From assembly GCA_965248695.1 (NCBI GenBank), contig CBDFKD010000002.1, forward strand, positions 5,697,899 through 5,761,898: a stretch of DNA of 64,000 nucleotides, given 5' to 3'. The notes below the pieces were generated by a model. That model was not told the DNA's origin, made no database searches, and was given only the letters and a program-made list of their open reading frames with translations. A program made the position numbers and the translations under genes. Source of the stretch: Acidobacteriota bacterium. GTDB taxonomy: Bacteria; Acidobacteriota; UBA890; WLXD01. Shown here piece after piece: positions 1-11,104 of this stretch (position 1 is its first letter; every line of letters starts with the position of its first letter).

Positions 1-198
1 AACCGTACCAAGTTGTACCGCATGCAACCGTAGCTACCAGCCCGACGAGGATCTCACACGTGTGTATCTCGTCCAGCACCGACGGGCGAACGACGAGGCG
101 GAGTGGATCTTCGAGCACAAAGTGATTCGGGGTGACCTGACCCCCGAAAACGGATCCGGATGTAATCTCACGATCTGGGTCAAGAACGGGAGGTCAGA

Positions 199-477
199 AT
201 GCCGAGTAAGAGGCACAGCGCCGAGCAGATCGTACGCAAGCTCCGGGAGGCTGAGGTGGAGCTGGCTCGAGGGGCGACGGTCAAGGATGCCTGCCGCAAG
301 CTAGCAATCACCGAGCACACCTACTACCGGTGGCGGCGAGAGTACGGCGGACTGAAGCTCAACCAGGCCAGAAAGCTCAAGCAACTGGAGAAGGAGAATG
401 CCCGGCTCAAGAGGCTGGTGGCGGAAAAGGAACTCGACCTGTCGATCCTGAAGGAAGTGGCGGAGGGAAACTTCTGA
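199..477 (+). CDS. IS3 transposase OrfA (HTH)
   Basis: MPSKRHSAEQIVRKLREAE...TYYRWRREYGG...LEKENARLKRLVA; slippery GGGAAAC at 465-471 for -1 frameshift into OrfB. Confidence 0.93.
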   Translation: MPSKRHSAEQIVRKLREAEVELARGATVKDACRKLAITEHTYYRWRREYGGLKLNQARKLKQLEKENARLKRLVAEKELDLSILKEVAEGNF

Positions 478-1358
478 GCCCAGCTCGGCGGCGAGAGGCG
501 GTGGCACATGTACGGGGGCGGCTGGGCGTCTCGGAGAGGCGGGCGTGTCGGGTACTGAAACAACCACGCACGACACACCGGTACGTGCCAAGAGAGCCGC
601 AACAGGAGCAGATTTTGACGGAGCGGATCGTGGATTTAGCCCGACAGTACGGGCGCTACGGATATCGGAGGGTGACAGCGTTGCTGCGCATGGAGGGCTG
701 GTCCGTGAACCACAAACGAGTGCAGCGTATCTGGCGGCGCGAAGGGCTGAAAGTACCGAGAAAACAGCCCAAACGAGCACGGCTGTGGCTGAGCGATGGC
801 TCCTGCATCCGGCTGCGCCCACAGCACCGGGATCATGTCTGGGCGTATGACTTCCTGCACCACCGGACGCACGACGGTCGGGCTATGAGGCTGCTGACGA
901 TCGTCGATGAGTACACACGAGAAAGCCTGGCGATCCATGTAGCACGGAAGCTCAACTCTGAGGACGTGCTGGAGCAGCTCGGGAGGTTGTTCGTACACCG
1001 GGGCATACCTGAGCACATCCGGTCGGATAACGGACCAGAGTTCACCGCCGAGGCGGTTCGCGACTGGCTGGGCCGGTTGGGCGTGGGGACGCTGTTCATC
1101 GAGCCGGGCTCGCCGTGGGAGAACGGTTACGTGGAGAGCTTCAACGGCAAGCTACGCGACGAGCTGCTGGATGGAGAGATCTTCTACACGCTCAAGGAGG
1201 CAAAGGTTCTGATCGAGAGATGGCGTCAGCACTACAACCGCATGCGACCGCACAGCTCGCTGAGCTATCGGCCGCCCGCACCCGAAGCGACGTTGTTGAA
1301 GCCGGCTGCGCTCCGCTTCGCCGGCCTCAACAACCTCTTGTCAGCACCGAGTTACTGA
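465..1358 (+). CDS. IS3 transposase OrfB (rve/DDE), expressed via -1 frameshift
   Basis: YGYRRV, WAYDF, IRSDNGPEF, PGSPWENGYVESFNGKLRDE, YNRMRPHSSL motifs. Confidence 0.93.
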   Translation, partial: GKLLSPARRREAVAHVRGRLGVSERRACRVLKQPRTTHRYVPREPQQEQILTERIVDLARQYGRYGYRRVTALLRMEGWSVNHKRVQRIWRREGLKVPRKQPKRARLWLSDGSCIRLRPQHRDHVWAYDFLHHRTHDGRAMRLLTIVDEYTRESLAIHVARKLNSEDVLEQLGRLFVHRGIPEHIRSDNGPEFTAEAVRDWLGRLGVGTLFIEPGSPWENGYVESFNGKLRDELLDGEIFYTLKEAKVLIERWRQHYNRMRPHSSLSYRPPAPEATLLKPAALRFAGLNNLLSAPSY

Positions 1359-1555
1359 GATAAGACATGGTACTAACCGCGGGGTCAGGTCAGGGGGATG
1401 GAGCGGCATAAACAACGCGGGCTACGAGACAAGATCGCTCGATCATTCACCAGAGTCGACTTGCGTACCCCAAGCGGTCTGTACATGGACACTGCCACTG
1501 CCATGCGTGTCGACGCGAGCGATGCTAACCGAGTGGAGCGTGTCATGGAGTGGAG

Positions 1556-2551
1556 TTACCCCGTTTCGGTGGACAGTTGAACGCTTGGATTTGAGGCCGT
1601 AGTCGTAGTGCTGTGGGAACTCGTGGGAGCCGCAGAGCGGCTTCCAAGTGGCGGTGCGGATCGCGGCGCGATCTGCATGGGTACGGCAGTTTCCACAGCC
1701 GGTGACGGGGTCTCGGAGTAGCTCCTCTCGTAGGCGATTGGGGATTGGTTTCCGAGCGCCGAGTGGCGCCGTCGTGGGTTGTAGAACCCCTCGATGAACT
1801 CGAACACGGCCATGCGGGCTTCGACCTGGCTCTTGAAGCTCTGCCGCCATAGCAGCTCCGTCTCTAGCGTCGCGAAGAAGCTCTCGGCCATGGCGTTGTC
1901 GTAGCAGTCGCGAGCTGATCCGGTCGAGGGACGTACACCGAGCTGCTTGCAGCGGTGGCCGAAGGCGATCGAGGTGTATTGCGTGCCCTGATCAGAGTGG
2001 TGGATCACGCTCTCAGGTCGGCGTTGCCAGATCGCCATGTTGAGCGCCTCAAGCACCAGTTCGGTACGCAGGTGGTTGGCCATCGACCAGCCCACCACCC
2101 GCCGGCTGAAGGCATCCATCACCACCGCCAGGTACAAGAACCCCGACCACGTAGAGACGTACGTGATGTCGGCAACCCACAGGCGATCGGGTGCACCGAC
2201 CGCGAAGTCACGTTTCACCAGATCGGGCACCGGCTGCGCGTCAGTACCGCGGCGCGTCGTGCGCAGCCGACGGCGGCGGCTGACACCCTCCAGCCCCGCC
2301 TGGCTCATCAGCCGTGCCACGCGTTTGCGCCCCACCCGAACGCCGTCGGCGGCCAGTTCCGCGTGTACCCGAGGCACGCCATAGGTCGCACGGCTAAGTC
2401 GATGGATCGTCTCGATCTGCTCACGCAGCTGTGCATCCTGTCGTGCTCGCATACTGCTAGGGCGTTGTCGCCACGCGTAGTAGCCGCTGGTGGAGACCTC
2501 CAGCACTCGGCACATCGTGGCGATCGGATAGCAGGCCTGGTGAGCTCTCAC
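1556..2551 (-). CDS. IS3 transposase OrfB (DDE)
   Basis: TYGVPRV, LWVADITY, HHSDQGTQY, CYDNAMAESFF, YNPRRRHSAL. Confidence 0.93.
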   Translation of the reverse strand: MRAHQACYPIATMCRVLEVSTSGYYAWRQRPSSMRARQDAQLREQIETIHRLSRATYGVPRVHAELAADGVRVGRKRVARLMSQAGLEGVSRRRRLRTTRRGTDAQPVPDLVKRDFAVGAPDRLWVADITYVSTWSGFLYLAVVMDAFSRRVVGWSMANHLRTELVLEALNMAIWQRRPESVIHHSDQGTQYTSIAFGHRCKQLGVRPSTGSARDCYDNAMAESFFATLETELLWRQSFKSQVEARMAVFEFIEGFYNPRRRHSALGNQSPIAYERSYSETPSPAVETAVPMQIAPRSAPPLGSRSAAPTSSHSTTTTASNPSVQLSTETG

Positions 2552-2862
2552 GAACCCGAAGACTTCTTGGGTACTGCGCCGGTCTCCCGAGCGAACCAGG
2601 CCGCGGCTTTTGCCAGGATCTCCCGCTCCGTCTTCAACTGGCGGTTTTCCCGGCGTAGCCGCCGTAGTTCTTCCTTGTCCTGGCTACTCAGGCCAGCCGC
2701 GCTAAGCCCGTCATCTCGATCCGCCTGCTTGATCCATGTACGGATCGTCCAGTACGAGGGCTCGAACTCCTCGGCGAGCTCCTGCACGCTGCGTCCTGCC
2801 CGCGCTAGCTCGACGATCTGCCGACGAAACTCCGGCGGATAAGGCGGTCGTGTTCTTCGCAT
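2548..2862 (-). CDS. IS3 transposase OrfA
   Basis: MRRTRPPYPPEFRRQIVEL...EELRRLRRENRQLKTEREILAKAAAWF; 4-nt overlap with orfB. Confidence 0.9.
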   Translation of the reverse strand: MRRTRPPYPPEFRRQIVELARAGRSVQELAEEFEPSYWTIRTWIKQADRDDGLSAAGLSSQDKEELRRLRRENRQLKTEREILAKAAAWFARETGAVPKKSSGS

Positions 2863-3098
2863 CGCAGACTCCTTTGGCGTTAGCCATAAGGTGTCCACGG
2901 AAGCGGGTCAACTCCAGAGAAGGTCGTGCGGGGACTCTACTCGTACCACTACCGTGAGCGCCTAGCATCGGACCTACCCGTGCACATTCTGGACATAACA
3001 GAGCGTCAAAGCGGTCACGAGAAGGTGTGGCAACAGATGAATTCTGGCGGGTTTGGCGACGTGATTCTGACCTGACCCCGTCTTGGGGGTTTGGGTCA

Positions 3099-5087
3099 CT
3101 AGTCCGGCAGCGCCACGGCGGCGAGCGAACCGGAGTGCGCCGGCCCGCCTATCGGCAGTACGATGTACTGTTTGCCCTCGTGCATATAGGTCATCGGCAC
3201 CTGGTTGCTCGGTGCCGGGATATCCACCGTACCGAGCCGCTTGCCGGTGCGCTTGTCGACCGCGTGCAGCAGTGGAGCGCCACGGCGGCCCTCGGCGTAG
3301 ATCAGCAGCGTCTTGGTCACCACCTTGGTGGCATGTGAGCGCTTGCCGGTGTTGGAGATGTCGAGGCCCTGCAGCGCCGGATGGTGGGTGATCTCGTCGG
3401 GGGTATCGCCGTTGGGGATCCACCACAGATGCTCACCGGTGTTCAGATCGATCGCGGTGATCCGACCGTACGGCGGCTTGAGGTAACGCAATCCTTGCAC
3501 TCGACCGGGCCCGACGTACGGTCCGTTCGCCCACGCCATGACCGTCCTGCCGATCGGGTTGGGATCGTTGGCATCTGCCTCGATGCCGGGGATTAGAAAT
3601 TGCGCAGAGCAGCTCTTCCACGAGGCGACGTAAAGGATCTGGGTCTCTGGGTCGACCGCTGCGCCGCCCATGATATTGGTGCCGCCGTCCTCACCGGGGC
3701 AGGTCAACGATGCCTTGAGGCCGAGGTCGTTGTCGCGGTGTAGCGGCGGGTTGAACAGCGGACCCATCTCGAACTCGCTGAGCATCTCGACAGCTGCCTG
3801 CCGCAGCTCCGGGGTGAAATCGATCAGGTCGTCCTCGGTAATGCCCTGCATCTCGTACGCCGCCGGCCTTGTCGGGAACGGCTGCGTCGGCGACGTCTTC
3901 TCACCGGGGATCTTCGACGCCGGCACCGGTCGCTCTTCGATCGGCCACACCGGCACGCCGGTCTCGCGGTTGAGCACGTAGGCGAAGCCCTGCTTGGTCG
4001 TTTGTACCAGCGCCGGGATGTTCTTGCCGTCGACGGTGATGTCGATGAGGTTCGGCGCGGTGGGGATGTCGTAGTTCCAGATGTCGTGGTGCACGGTCTG
4101 GAAGTGCCAGCGACGCTCACCCGTCTTGATGTCGAGGGCGATGATGGAGGTGGCGAAAAGGTTGTCGCCGGGATGGAAGCCTCCCCAGTAGTCGTTGGTC
4201 GGCGGGTCGGTAACGACGTACACCAGGCCGAGCTCCGGGTCGGCGGCCATCGGTGCCCACGCCGAGACGTTGCCGGTGTACGACCAGGCATCGCTTTCCC
4301 AGGTCTCGTGGCCGAACTCGCCGGGCTGCGGAATGACGTTGAACTTCCACAGGTGCTCCCCAGAACGCGCGTCATACGCCAGCATGTGGCCGGGCACGTT
4401 CTCGCGGCGGGTCTGCAGGTACCCCTGCTCGTGCGAGTTACCCACCACCACCACGTCGTTGACCACCATCGGCGGCGACGAGTTGGTGATGTAGCCGGTC
4501 TCCTTGGGCAGGCCCTCGTAGGCGTCGTACTCATAACCGAAGTCGGCCAGCAGGTCGACCGTGCCCTCGTTGCCGAACTGCTCGATCGGCTGTCCGGTGA
4601 CCGCGTCGAGCGCGTGCAAGAAGAAGCCGGGCGAGATCATGTAGATCACGCCGCGGCGATCGATGTTGGCGTACCCGACGCCTTTGCCGTAGTTCTTGCG
4701 CATGGAGTCTTCCCAGCGCGGCGTGTGGGGCTCGCGGTAAGTCCACAACGTCTCGCCGGTGGCCGGGTCGATGGCGACGACCGTGCGCCGTTGGCCGGCG
4801 ACAGTGTAGAGCACGCCGTTCGCGTAGATCGGGGTGGAGCGCATGATGTTGTCCACCGAGGGGCCGTAGTTGTCGCCGCGCCAAACCCAGGCGACCTCGA
4901 GATCCTCGAAATTGTCGGCGTTGATCTGATCGAGCGGCGAGTAGCGCGTGCTGGCCGCATCACCGCCCCAGTGACGCCATTCACCGTTCTCGGTACCGGT
5001 GCTCGACCCGCCTTGCTGACCGACCGCCGGCATCGACATCAGGCACAGGGTTGCCACCATCGCGGCGCAGCAATTCAGTCTCGTCAT
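3099..5087 (-). CDS. PQQ-dependent (quinoprotein glucose-type) dehydrogenase, secreted
   Basis: Signal peptide; EWRHWGGD..STRYSPLDQIN, WHFQTVHHDIWNYD, KPPYGRITAIDL, PMTYMHEGKQYI; ATG 5087 preceded by GAGGGA. Confidence 0.9.
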   Translation of the reverse strand: MTRLNCCAAMVATLCLMSMPAVGQQGGSSTGTENGEWRHWGGDAASTRYSPLDQINADNFEDLEVAWVWRGDNYGPSVDNIMRSTPIYANGVLYTVAGQRRTVVAIDPATGETLWTYREPHTPRWEDSMRKNYGKGVGYANIDRRGVIYMISPGFFLHALDAVTGQPIEQFGNEGTVDLLADFGYEYDAYEGLPKETGYITNSSPPMVVNDVVVVGNSHEQGYLQTRRENVPGHMLAYDARSGEHLWKFNVIPQPGEFGHETWESDAWSYTGNVSAWAPMAADPELGLVYVVTDPPTNDYWGGFHPGDNLFATSIIALDIKTGERRWHFQTVHHDIWNYDIPTAPNLIDITVDGKNIPALVQTTKQGFAYVLNRETGVPVWPIEERPVPASKIPGEKTSPTQPFPTRPAAYEMQGITEDDLIDFTPELRQAAVEMLSEFEMGPLFNPPLHRDNDLGLKASLTCPGEDGGTNIMGGAAVDPETQILYVASWKSCSAQFLIPGIEADANDPNPIGRTVMAWANGPYVGPGRVQGLRYLKPPYGRITAIDLNTGEHLWWIPNGDTPDEITHHPALQGLDISNTGKRSHATKVVTKTLLIYAEGRRGAPLLHAVDKRTGKRLGTVDIPAPSNQVPMTYMHEGKQYIVLPIGGPAHSGSLAAVALPD

Positions 5088-5547
5088 GGCATCCCTCGTC
5101 CTGAAACGGACACTGGTTCGTACCCAGTCGTCCAGGAACATCAACGCAGTTGGTACTCCCGACGGACGACAACTGTCAACCCAGGCTGATAAGGGCGGTC
5201 GGCGTCGCTAGCCCACTTTCGATACCCATGGCCACCACTCGGTGTCGAGTTCAAGACAGGGCTCGTTGGAGCCACTACCTCCTACTGCCGTGTGACCTCC
5301 GAAAACATGCCGCTATAGGTCGGATAGCGAGTCGCTTTCGCCTCGTGAGGCGCACGGACGACCACCGGAGTGCTCAGGCGTGGATCAAAGAATGGCGTCG
5401 CTTCAGGAGCCGCAGAGCCTTTCTTCGTGAAAACTCGGTGGCGGGCAAGGATCAGTCAGCGAAGGCGGCATTCCGGCTGCTCCCGTGGACCCGTGCAACC
5501 CCCGGCGATAGGCTTCAGGCGCTCACCCACCCTGCCTCGGGAGCGCC

Positions 5548-8247
5548 ATGGAACCCGGCACCAAGTTAGGCCCCTACGAAATCACCGAGCAGCTCGGCGC
5601 GGGCGGCATGGGCGAGGTGTACCTGGCGCAAGACACACGCCTGGGCCGCAAGGTGGCCATCAAGGTGCTGCCTGCCGAGTTCGCCTCTGACCCCGAGCGC
5701 CTCGCCCGCTTCGAGCAGGAAGCCCGAGCTGCTGCCGCCCTGAACCACCCGCATATCGCCTCAGTCTTTGATGTCGGCACCGAGGACGGCACCCACTTCA
5801 TGGTGCAGGAGTACCTGGAGGGGGACACGCTCCGGGAGCCGCTACAGAAGGGCGCTCAGCCGCTCAAGAAGGCGCTCGGGTTGGCTACCGAGATCGCCGA
5901 GGCTCTGGCTGCCGCTCACGCCGCCGGGATCATCCACCGTGACCTGAAGCCGGAGAACATCTTCGTCACCAAGGAGGGGCACGCCAAGGTGCTGGACTTC
6001 GGCCTAGCGAAGCTCACCGAGGTGGCGGTGACGGGATCACCGGATGGTGCAACACAGTCACCCACGATGATGGGGACGGTGGCCGGTCAAGTGATGGGTA
6101 CTGCTGGCTACATGGCCCCGGAGCAGGTTGAGGGCTCTGACAGGATCGACCATCGGGCCGACCTTTTTGCCTTTGGCTCAGTCCTCTACGAGATGGTGAC
6201 CGGGAGGCAAGCATTTGCCGGTGAGAGCGTCCACGACACCCTCCACCGCATCGGACACGAGGAACCCTGTGAGCTAGTCGAGATCGACGCGTCATTGCCC
6301 TCAGAAATGCAACGCATTGTCAGGAAAAGTCTGACAAAGGAGCCAGAAGGCCGTTATCAAGACGCCGATGATCTGGTTGTCGACCTAGCGGCTCTCGCCG
6401 TGGAGGTTGGCATGGACCGGGCCATACCGATTTCGGCTGCCCTACTGGGCGGTGCAGTGGAATCGCCGGGTAGGCCGTCCTGGGCTGTTGTGCTCCCTTC
6501 CGCAGTTGCCCTCGTGTTCCTCGGAGCCGGGGCAACGTGGCTACTGACTCGTGCGGGTCCGCCGGCTCCGACGATCCCCATGAGCTTCGAGATTAGCCTG
6601 CCCCAAGGAACCAGCTTTCCCACCGGGGTGGGTTCGAACATCGCGGTTTCGCCGAACGGCAGCGCCACTGTGTTCGTCGCCGAAGACGAGTCTGGGCGCC
6701 AGCTCTATCTCCGGCGCACCGACGAACCGACCGAGGCCACGCCGATTCGCGGCACCGGAGGTGCCCAGAACCCGTTCTTCTCGCCGGATGGAGAGTGGGT
6801 GGGCTTCCAAGACAGATCGAGTATCAAGAGAGTGTCGCTGTCGGGAGGCGAGCTGTACTCGATATGCGACTTGTGCACCTCGGGCAGTTGGGTCGAGGAC
6901 GGGAGCATCTATTTCTCGTGGAGTGGCTCCCTATATCGGGTTCCCGAATCCGGCGGAGAGCGACAACTCGTGGCGGAGCCGATGCCGGAGCAAGACCTAC
7001 GTTTTCTTGAAAGCCCCGTTGCACTTCCGGGAGGCAAGATTTTGCTCTTCTCGATCGGCAACCTCTCGAATGGGGGAGTGGGCGCGCTGTCGCTCGAGAC
7101 GGGTGACTTCATCCGCATCTCGGCAACTGGCTCGAATCCCAAGTACGCAGAGTCGGGTCACGTCCTCTATCCGCGCAATGACACGCTGCTCGCCGTCCCT
7201 TTCGATGCAGAGGCTTTTCGAGTATCGGAGCGGGCCGTGCCGGTTCTGCCGGGCGTACGCGTGGAGAACGGCGGAGCGGTGCAGGTGGCCGTTTCGCGCA
7301 ATGGCCTTCTTGTCTACGCGCCCAGCCGGGGCCGCACGGGCACCCAGCTGGCGTTTGTAGATATAGGTGGCGACAACGTTGAGCCCGTAACGGCGGAGTG
7401 GCGTCGATTCCGCGCACCGAGACTCTCGCCGGATGGTGATCAGATTGCCGTTGCGATCATCGACGCTGGCGCGACCGACATCTGGCTCGTTGATGCCGAG
7501 ACGGGCACCATGAGTCCTCTGACCACCTCGGGCGACGCGTCGGCGCCACTATGGACACCGACGGGCGACCGAGTGACCTTTGCTTCGGGCTCGGTGGGTT
7601 CCTACGCCATCAAATCGCTACCCGCTGGCGGGGGCGGGTCGGAGCAGACGCTCTACACCAGCGCGAACCAGGTCTGGCCCGAGTCGTGGCACCCCGACGG
7701 TGTTCGACTCGTTCTTCGTGAGGTGGCAACGAGCAGCGACCTCTTGCTTCTCGACCTGCGTGACGGCAGCACGGCGTCGCTCGTGAACACCGATTCCAAC
7801 GAGGACGCCGCCGCCCTTTCGCCCGATGGGGAGCTGCTGGCGTACGAGTCGCACCGAGGCGGTTTGAACGAGGTGTACATCCGGCGCCTCGACGAGCAGG
7901 GAGTGGGAGTCCCGGTATCGAACGGTGGCGGCGGCGAACCTGTTTGGGGCCGCGACAACACAGCGCTCTATTACAGAAACGAGCAGGGGGGATCGGAAGA
8001 TCTTGTGGTCGCTTCCATTCAGACGGACCCGCAGCTCCGCGTTACCGGGTCCGAAGCTGGCTGGGACGGAGCTGACTTCTGGAGCTCGCCCGAGGGGCTC
8101 TCGCGCGCCCACTTTGACGTGCATCCCGATGGACAGCGCTTCCTCGTCTTGAATCAGAGAGGCACGGATGAGGGGCAGCAGAAGATGAACGTCGTCCTCA
8201 ACTGGTTCGAGGAATTGAACCGGCTAGTGCCGACAGGCGGCTCCTGA
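5548..8247 (+). CDS. Hanks-type Ser/Thr kinase with TM helix and TolB/PD40 beta-propeller
   Basis: [30 protein letters not shown]; repeated SPDG propeller motifs; C-terminal VVLNWFEEL. Confidence 0.93.
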   Translation: MEPGTKLGPYEITEQLGAGGMGEVYLAQDTRLGRKVAIKVLPAEFASDPERLARFEQEARAAAALNHPHIASVFDVGTEDGTHFMVQEYLEGDTLREPLQKGAQPLKKALGLATEIAEALAAAHAAGIIHRDLKPENIFVTKEGHAKVLDFGLAKLTEVAVTGSPDGATQSPTMMGTVAGQVMGTAGYMAPEQVEGSDRIDHRADLFAFGSVLYEMVTGRQAFAGESVHDTLHRIGHEEPCELVEIDASLPSEMQRIVRKSLTKEPEGRYQDADDLVVDLAALAVEVGMDRAIPISAALLGGAVESPGRPSWAVVLPSAVALVFLGAGATWLLTRAGPPAPTIPMSFEISLPQGTSFPTGVGSNIAVSPNGSATVFVAEDESGRQLYLRRTDEPTEATPIRGTGGAQNPFFSPDGEWVGFQDRSSIKRVSLSGGELYSICDLCTSGSWVEDGSIYFSWSGSLYRVPESGGERQLVAEPMPEQDLRFLESPVALPGGKILLFSIGNLSNGGVGALSLETGDFIRISATGSNPKYAESGHVLYPRNDTLLAVPFDAEAFRVSERAVPVLPGVRVENGGAVQVAVSRNGLLVYAPSRGRTGTQLAFVDIGGDNVEPVTAEWRRFRAPRLSPDGDQIAVAIIDAGATDIWLVDAETGTMSPLTTSGDASAPLWTPTGDRVTFASGSVGSYAIKSLPAGGGGSEQTLYTSANQVWPESWHPDGVRLVLREVATSSDLLLLDLRDGSTASLVNTDSNEDAAALSPDGELLAYESHRGGLNEVYIRRLDEQGVGVPVSNGGGGEPVWGRDNTALYYRNEQGGSEDLVVASIQTDPQLRVTGSEAGWDGADFWSSPEGLSRAHFDVHPDGQRFLVLNQRGTDEGQQKMNVVLNWFEELNRLVPTGGS

Positions 8248-10990
8248 TGATCGGCAAGACGCTCGGCCACTACGAGATCCTCGCCCCGCTCGGTGAAGGC
8301 GGGATGGGGCAGGTGTACCGAGCACGCGACACGACGCTGGATCGTGATGTCGCCATCAAGGTGCTGCCGGAAGACTTCGCCAGCGATGCCAGCCGACTGG
8401 CTCGCTTCGAGCGGGAAGCGAAGCTGCTCGCCTCCCTGAACCACCCCAACATCGCCACCATTCACGGGTTCGATGAATCGGACGGTGTGCGCTTCATCGC
8501 CATGGAACTGGTCGAGGGTCAGAGTCTCGCCGAGCGGATCACAGCCTCCGGTCGCATCGAAGTTGATGAAGCGCTGGAGATCGCCCGCCGGATCGCCCTT
8601 GCGCTGGAAGCTGCCCACGAGGCTGGTGTCATCCATCGCGACCTCAAACCCGCCAACGTGCAGGTGGCACCCGATGGCACCGTCAAGGTGCTCGACTTCG
8701 GTCTGGCGAAAGCCAACGAAGCGGAAGTGCGCCGGATCTCAGCCAATCGCCGACTGCGATGATGCCCACGGCAGCCGGCGTGATCATGGGCACGCCTTGC
8801 TATATGAGTCCGGAGCAGGCGCGGGGTTTGTCGGTCGACAAACGCGCCGACGTGTGGGCGTTCGGGTGCCTCGTCTACGAGATGTTGGCCGGTCATCGAG
8901 CGTTCCAGCGCGAGACGGTGGCTGACACCCTGAGCGCCATCCTGGAGCATCCGGTCGACTGGCATCAACTTCCGGCCAATACCACCAAGATCGTGCTGCA
9001 TCTGTTGCGGCGATGCCTCACCAAGGACACGGACCGACGCATGCGAGACATTCGAGAAGCTCGCATCGAGATCGAGGAGGTGTTGACGAGGCTGGATGGG
9101 CGGCGGGGCGCATCGCAGCAGATCGACCCCGGTGAGCTCGTCGCCGATTCGGGGGTGCCGGCGGAGTACCGGACCCGACGTGAGCTGGTCTACCGACTCG
9201 GAGTCATAGCGGTGGCGATCTCGGCGGCGCTGGCAGTCGTCTACCTGCGCTATTGGAGTGAGTCGTCGGGGTCGGTTCCCGCGGTCGTCAACACGCTGCA
9301 ACTCACCGCCGACCCAGCGGCAGAGGACTATCCGAGTTTTTCGCCAGACGGCACGGTCGTCGTCTACGCCGGCAATCGCGAAGGTCGCTGGGACATCTAC
9401 TCGCAGCGGATCGACGGCGGGGAGCCGTTCAATCTCACTGCACGGCGTGAGGCCCCGTCGGGACACCCGGCGCTCTCACCCGACGGTCAACAGATCGCAT
9501 TCCGCTCCGGCGGGCAGCCCAGTGCCGTAGGCATCTATGTCATGGGCGCTACGGGCGAGAACCCGCGCCGTCTGACTGATTTCGGCGTTGAGCCGGCCTG
9601 GTCTCCGGACGGCACGCAGTTGGTGTTCTCGGGCGAACCGTGGGGATGGCCCATGTCCAGTGATCCACGCGAGCTCGGCAGTAGCCACCCACTCTGGGTA
9701 ATCGACGTCGCCACCGAACAAGTGCGACAGCTCGGCGACAACCCAGCTGGGACCCCGCGTTGGTCGCCCAACGGTCATCGGATCGCCTACTGGGGGACCG
9801 TCCAGTCTCAACGCGATATCCACACGATTGGAGCCGAGGGCGGAGATCCCGTGCCGGTGACCAACGACCCGGCTGTGGAATGCTGTCCGGTCTGGTCCCC
9901 GGACGGTCGTTTCCTCTATTACTCCAGCAATCGCGGCGGCAGTTCTGCCGTATGGCGAGTCCCTATTGACGAGGAATCCGGCGCGGTGACGGGAGAGCCT
10001 GTGGCGATCACCGCGGGCGAGTTTCCGCTGAAGGTACGGCTGACAGTTTCCCAAGATGGTCAGCGTATTGCCTATGCGTCGCGAGATACGCGAAGCAACT
10101 TGGGCTACGTGCCGTTCGATCCCGAGACAGGACAAGTCGGAGCTTTCGAACCGATCACACACGGCGCCCGGCTGAGTGGCTGGCACGACTTAGATGTATC
10201 TCCTGACGGAGAATGGCTCGTGTATATCGAGGGCTGGCCGCGGGAAGACCTCTACCTGGTCCGAACTGACGGCACCGGGCAGTTCCGGCTCACCGATGAC
10301 TGGGCCAAGGATCGTCGCCCGGCGTTTGCCCCTGATGGTACGCAAGTCGCGTGGGACTCCAACACGGACGACACCCGTCAGATTTGGGCGATCAACGTGG
10401 ACGGCGGCGGGCGGCGGCAGCTCACGTTTGGCGGAGACGGGTCCCGCGTCTATCCCAGCTTTTCTGCGGACGGTCGACAACTGGCGTATTGGGACACCGG
10501 GCGGATCGCGATCATCGACCCGAGTATGGGATGGGATGATCAAGAGGCACAATTCCTGCCGCTGGGGCCGAACGGCGAGCTTGTGACCGAACCCACCTGG
10601 CTACCCGACGGTCGGCTGGCGGTCCGCTGGAACTATTCGGCGGTTGGGGAGGCAGCTCTCGCGGTGTTCGACTTCGACACCGAACGCTACGAGGTGTTCT
10701 CGGAAGCTCCTGGCGCCCAGTTCCTGGCGCCGTTCCTCAATCATCCGTTCATTCTGAGCCGCGCGACGACTCCCAGCGACACGGAAGATGGTTACTCATC
10801 CAGCATCCGACTCCTGAATCTGGAGACGGGACTAGGGCAGGATCTCTTGCCTGCTGACGGCGCCGACATTTCCAACGAGCCCGGAACGTACGGTATCTAC
10901 CCGCACCCATCTCCCGACGGCAAACGAATCTACATCGAGAATTGGGAACACGACAGCAATATCTGGGTCATCGAGCTTGCCAATCGATGA
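8247..10990 (+). pseudogene. Second Ser/Thr kinase-TolB propeller gene, split by a frameshift near 8720-8735
   Basis: 8247-8762 holds the kinase through DFG; 8759-10990 holds YMSPEQ, a TM and PD40 repeats; the alternative frame reads PDLSQSPTAMMPTAAG across the junction. Confidence 0.8.
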
Positions 10991-11019
10991 ACCCACGCTG
11001 CGTTCGTCCTCACGCCTCG

Positions 11020-11104
11020 CCGAGGCACCTCCGCCTTTCGACCGGTTGGTCCTGGTCTCAACTGGTTCGACGAGCTGAAGCGGCTCGTGCCGACTGACCC
11101 GTAG
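11020..11104 (+). pseudogene. Orphan 3' tail of a kinase-propeller gene
   Basis: Encodes LNWFDELKRLVPTDP*, homologous to the end of the 5548-8247 gene. Confidence 0.7.

Larger units (their letters stand above)
133..1392 (+). mobile_element. Complete IS3-family insertion sequence #1
   Basis: Terminal IRs TGACCTGACCCC (133-144) and GGGGTCAGGTCA (1381-1392), TG...CA ends, GGGG direct repeats at 129-132 and 1393-1396, orfA/orfB organisation. Confidence 0.95.
1551..2916 (-). mobile_element. Complete IS3-family insertion sequence #2
   Basis: IRs TGGAGTTACCCCGTTTCGGTGGACA (from 1551) and TGTCCACGGAAGCGGGTCAACTCCA (to 2916); 3-bp target duplication GAG at 1548-1550 and 2917-2919. Confidence 0.95.
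2..3075 (+). pseudogene. HNH-like endonuclease gene, 5' partial, interrupted by two IS3 elements (pieces 2-132, 1397-1550, 2920-3075)
   Basis: Frame from nt 2 reads TVPSCTACNRSYQPDED (CxxCN, HNH-type). Removing both IS elements plus one copy of each target duplication restores one frame: ...HKVIRG-MERHKQ...ERVME-KVVRGLYSYHY... Confidence 0.7.

Noticed and set aside
8757-8765. Selenocysteine read-through of the TGA splitting kinase 2 (selB is present)
   Set aside because: The downstream half is in a different frame, so this is a frameshift, not an in-frame UGA.
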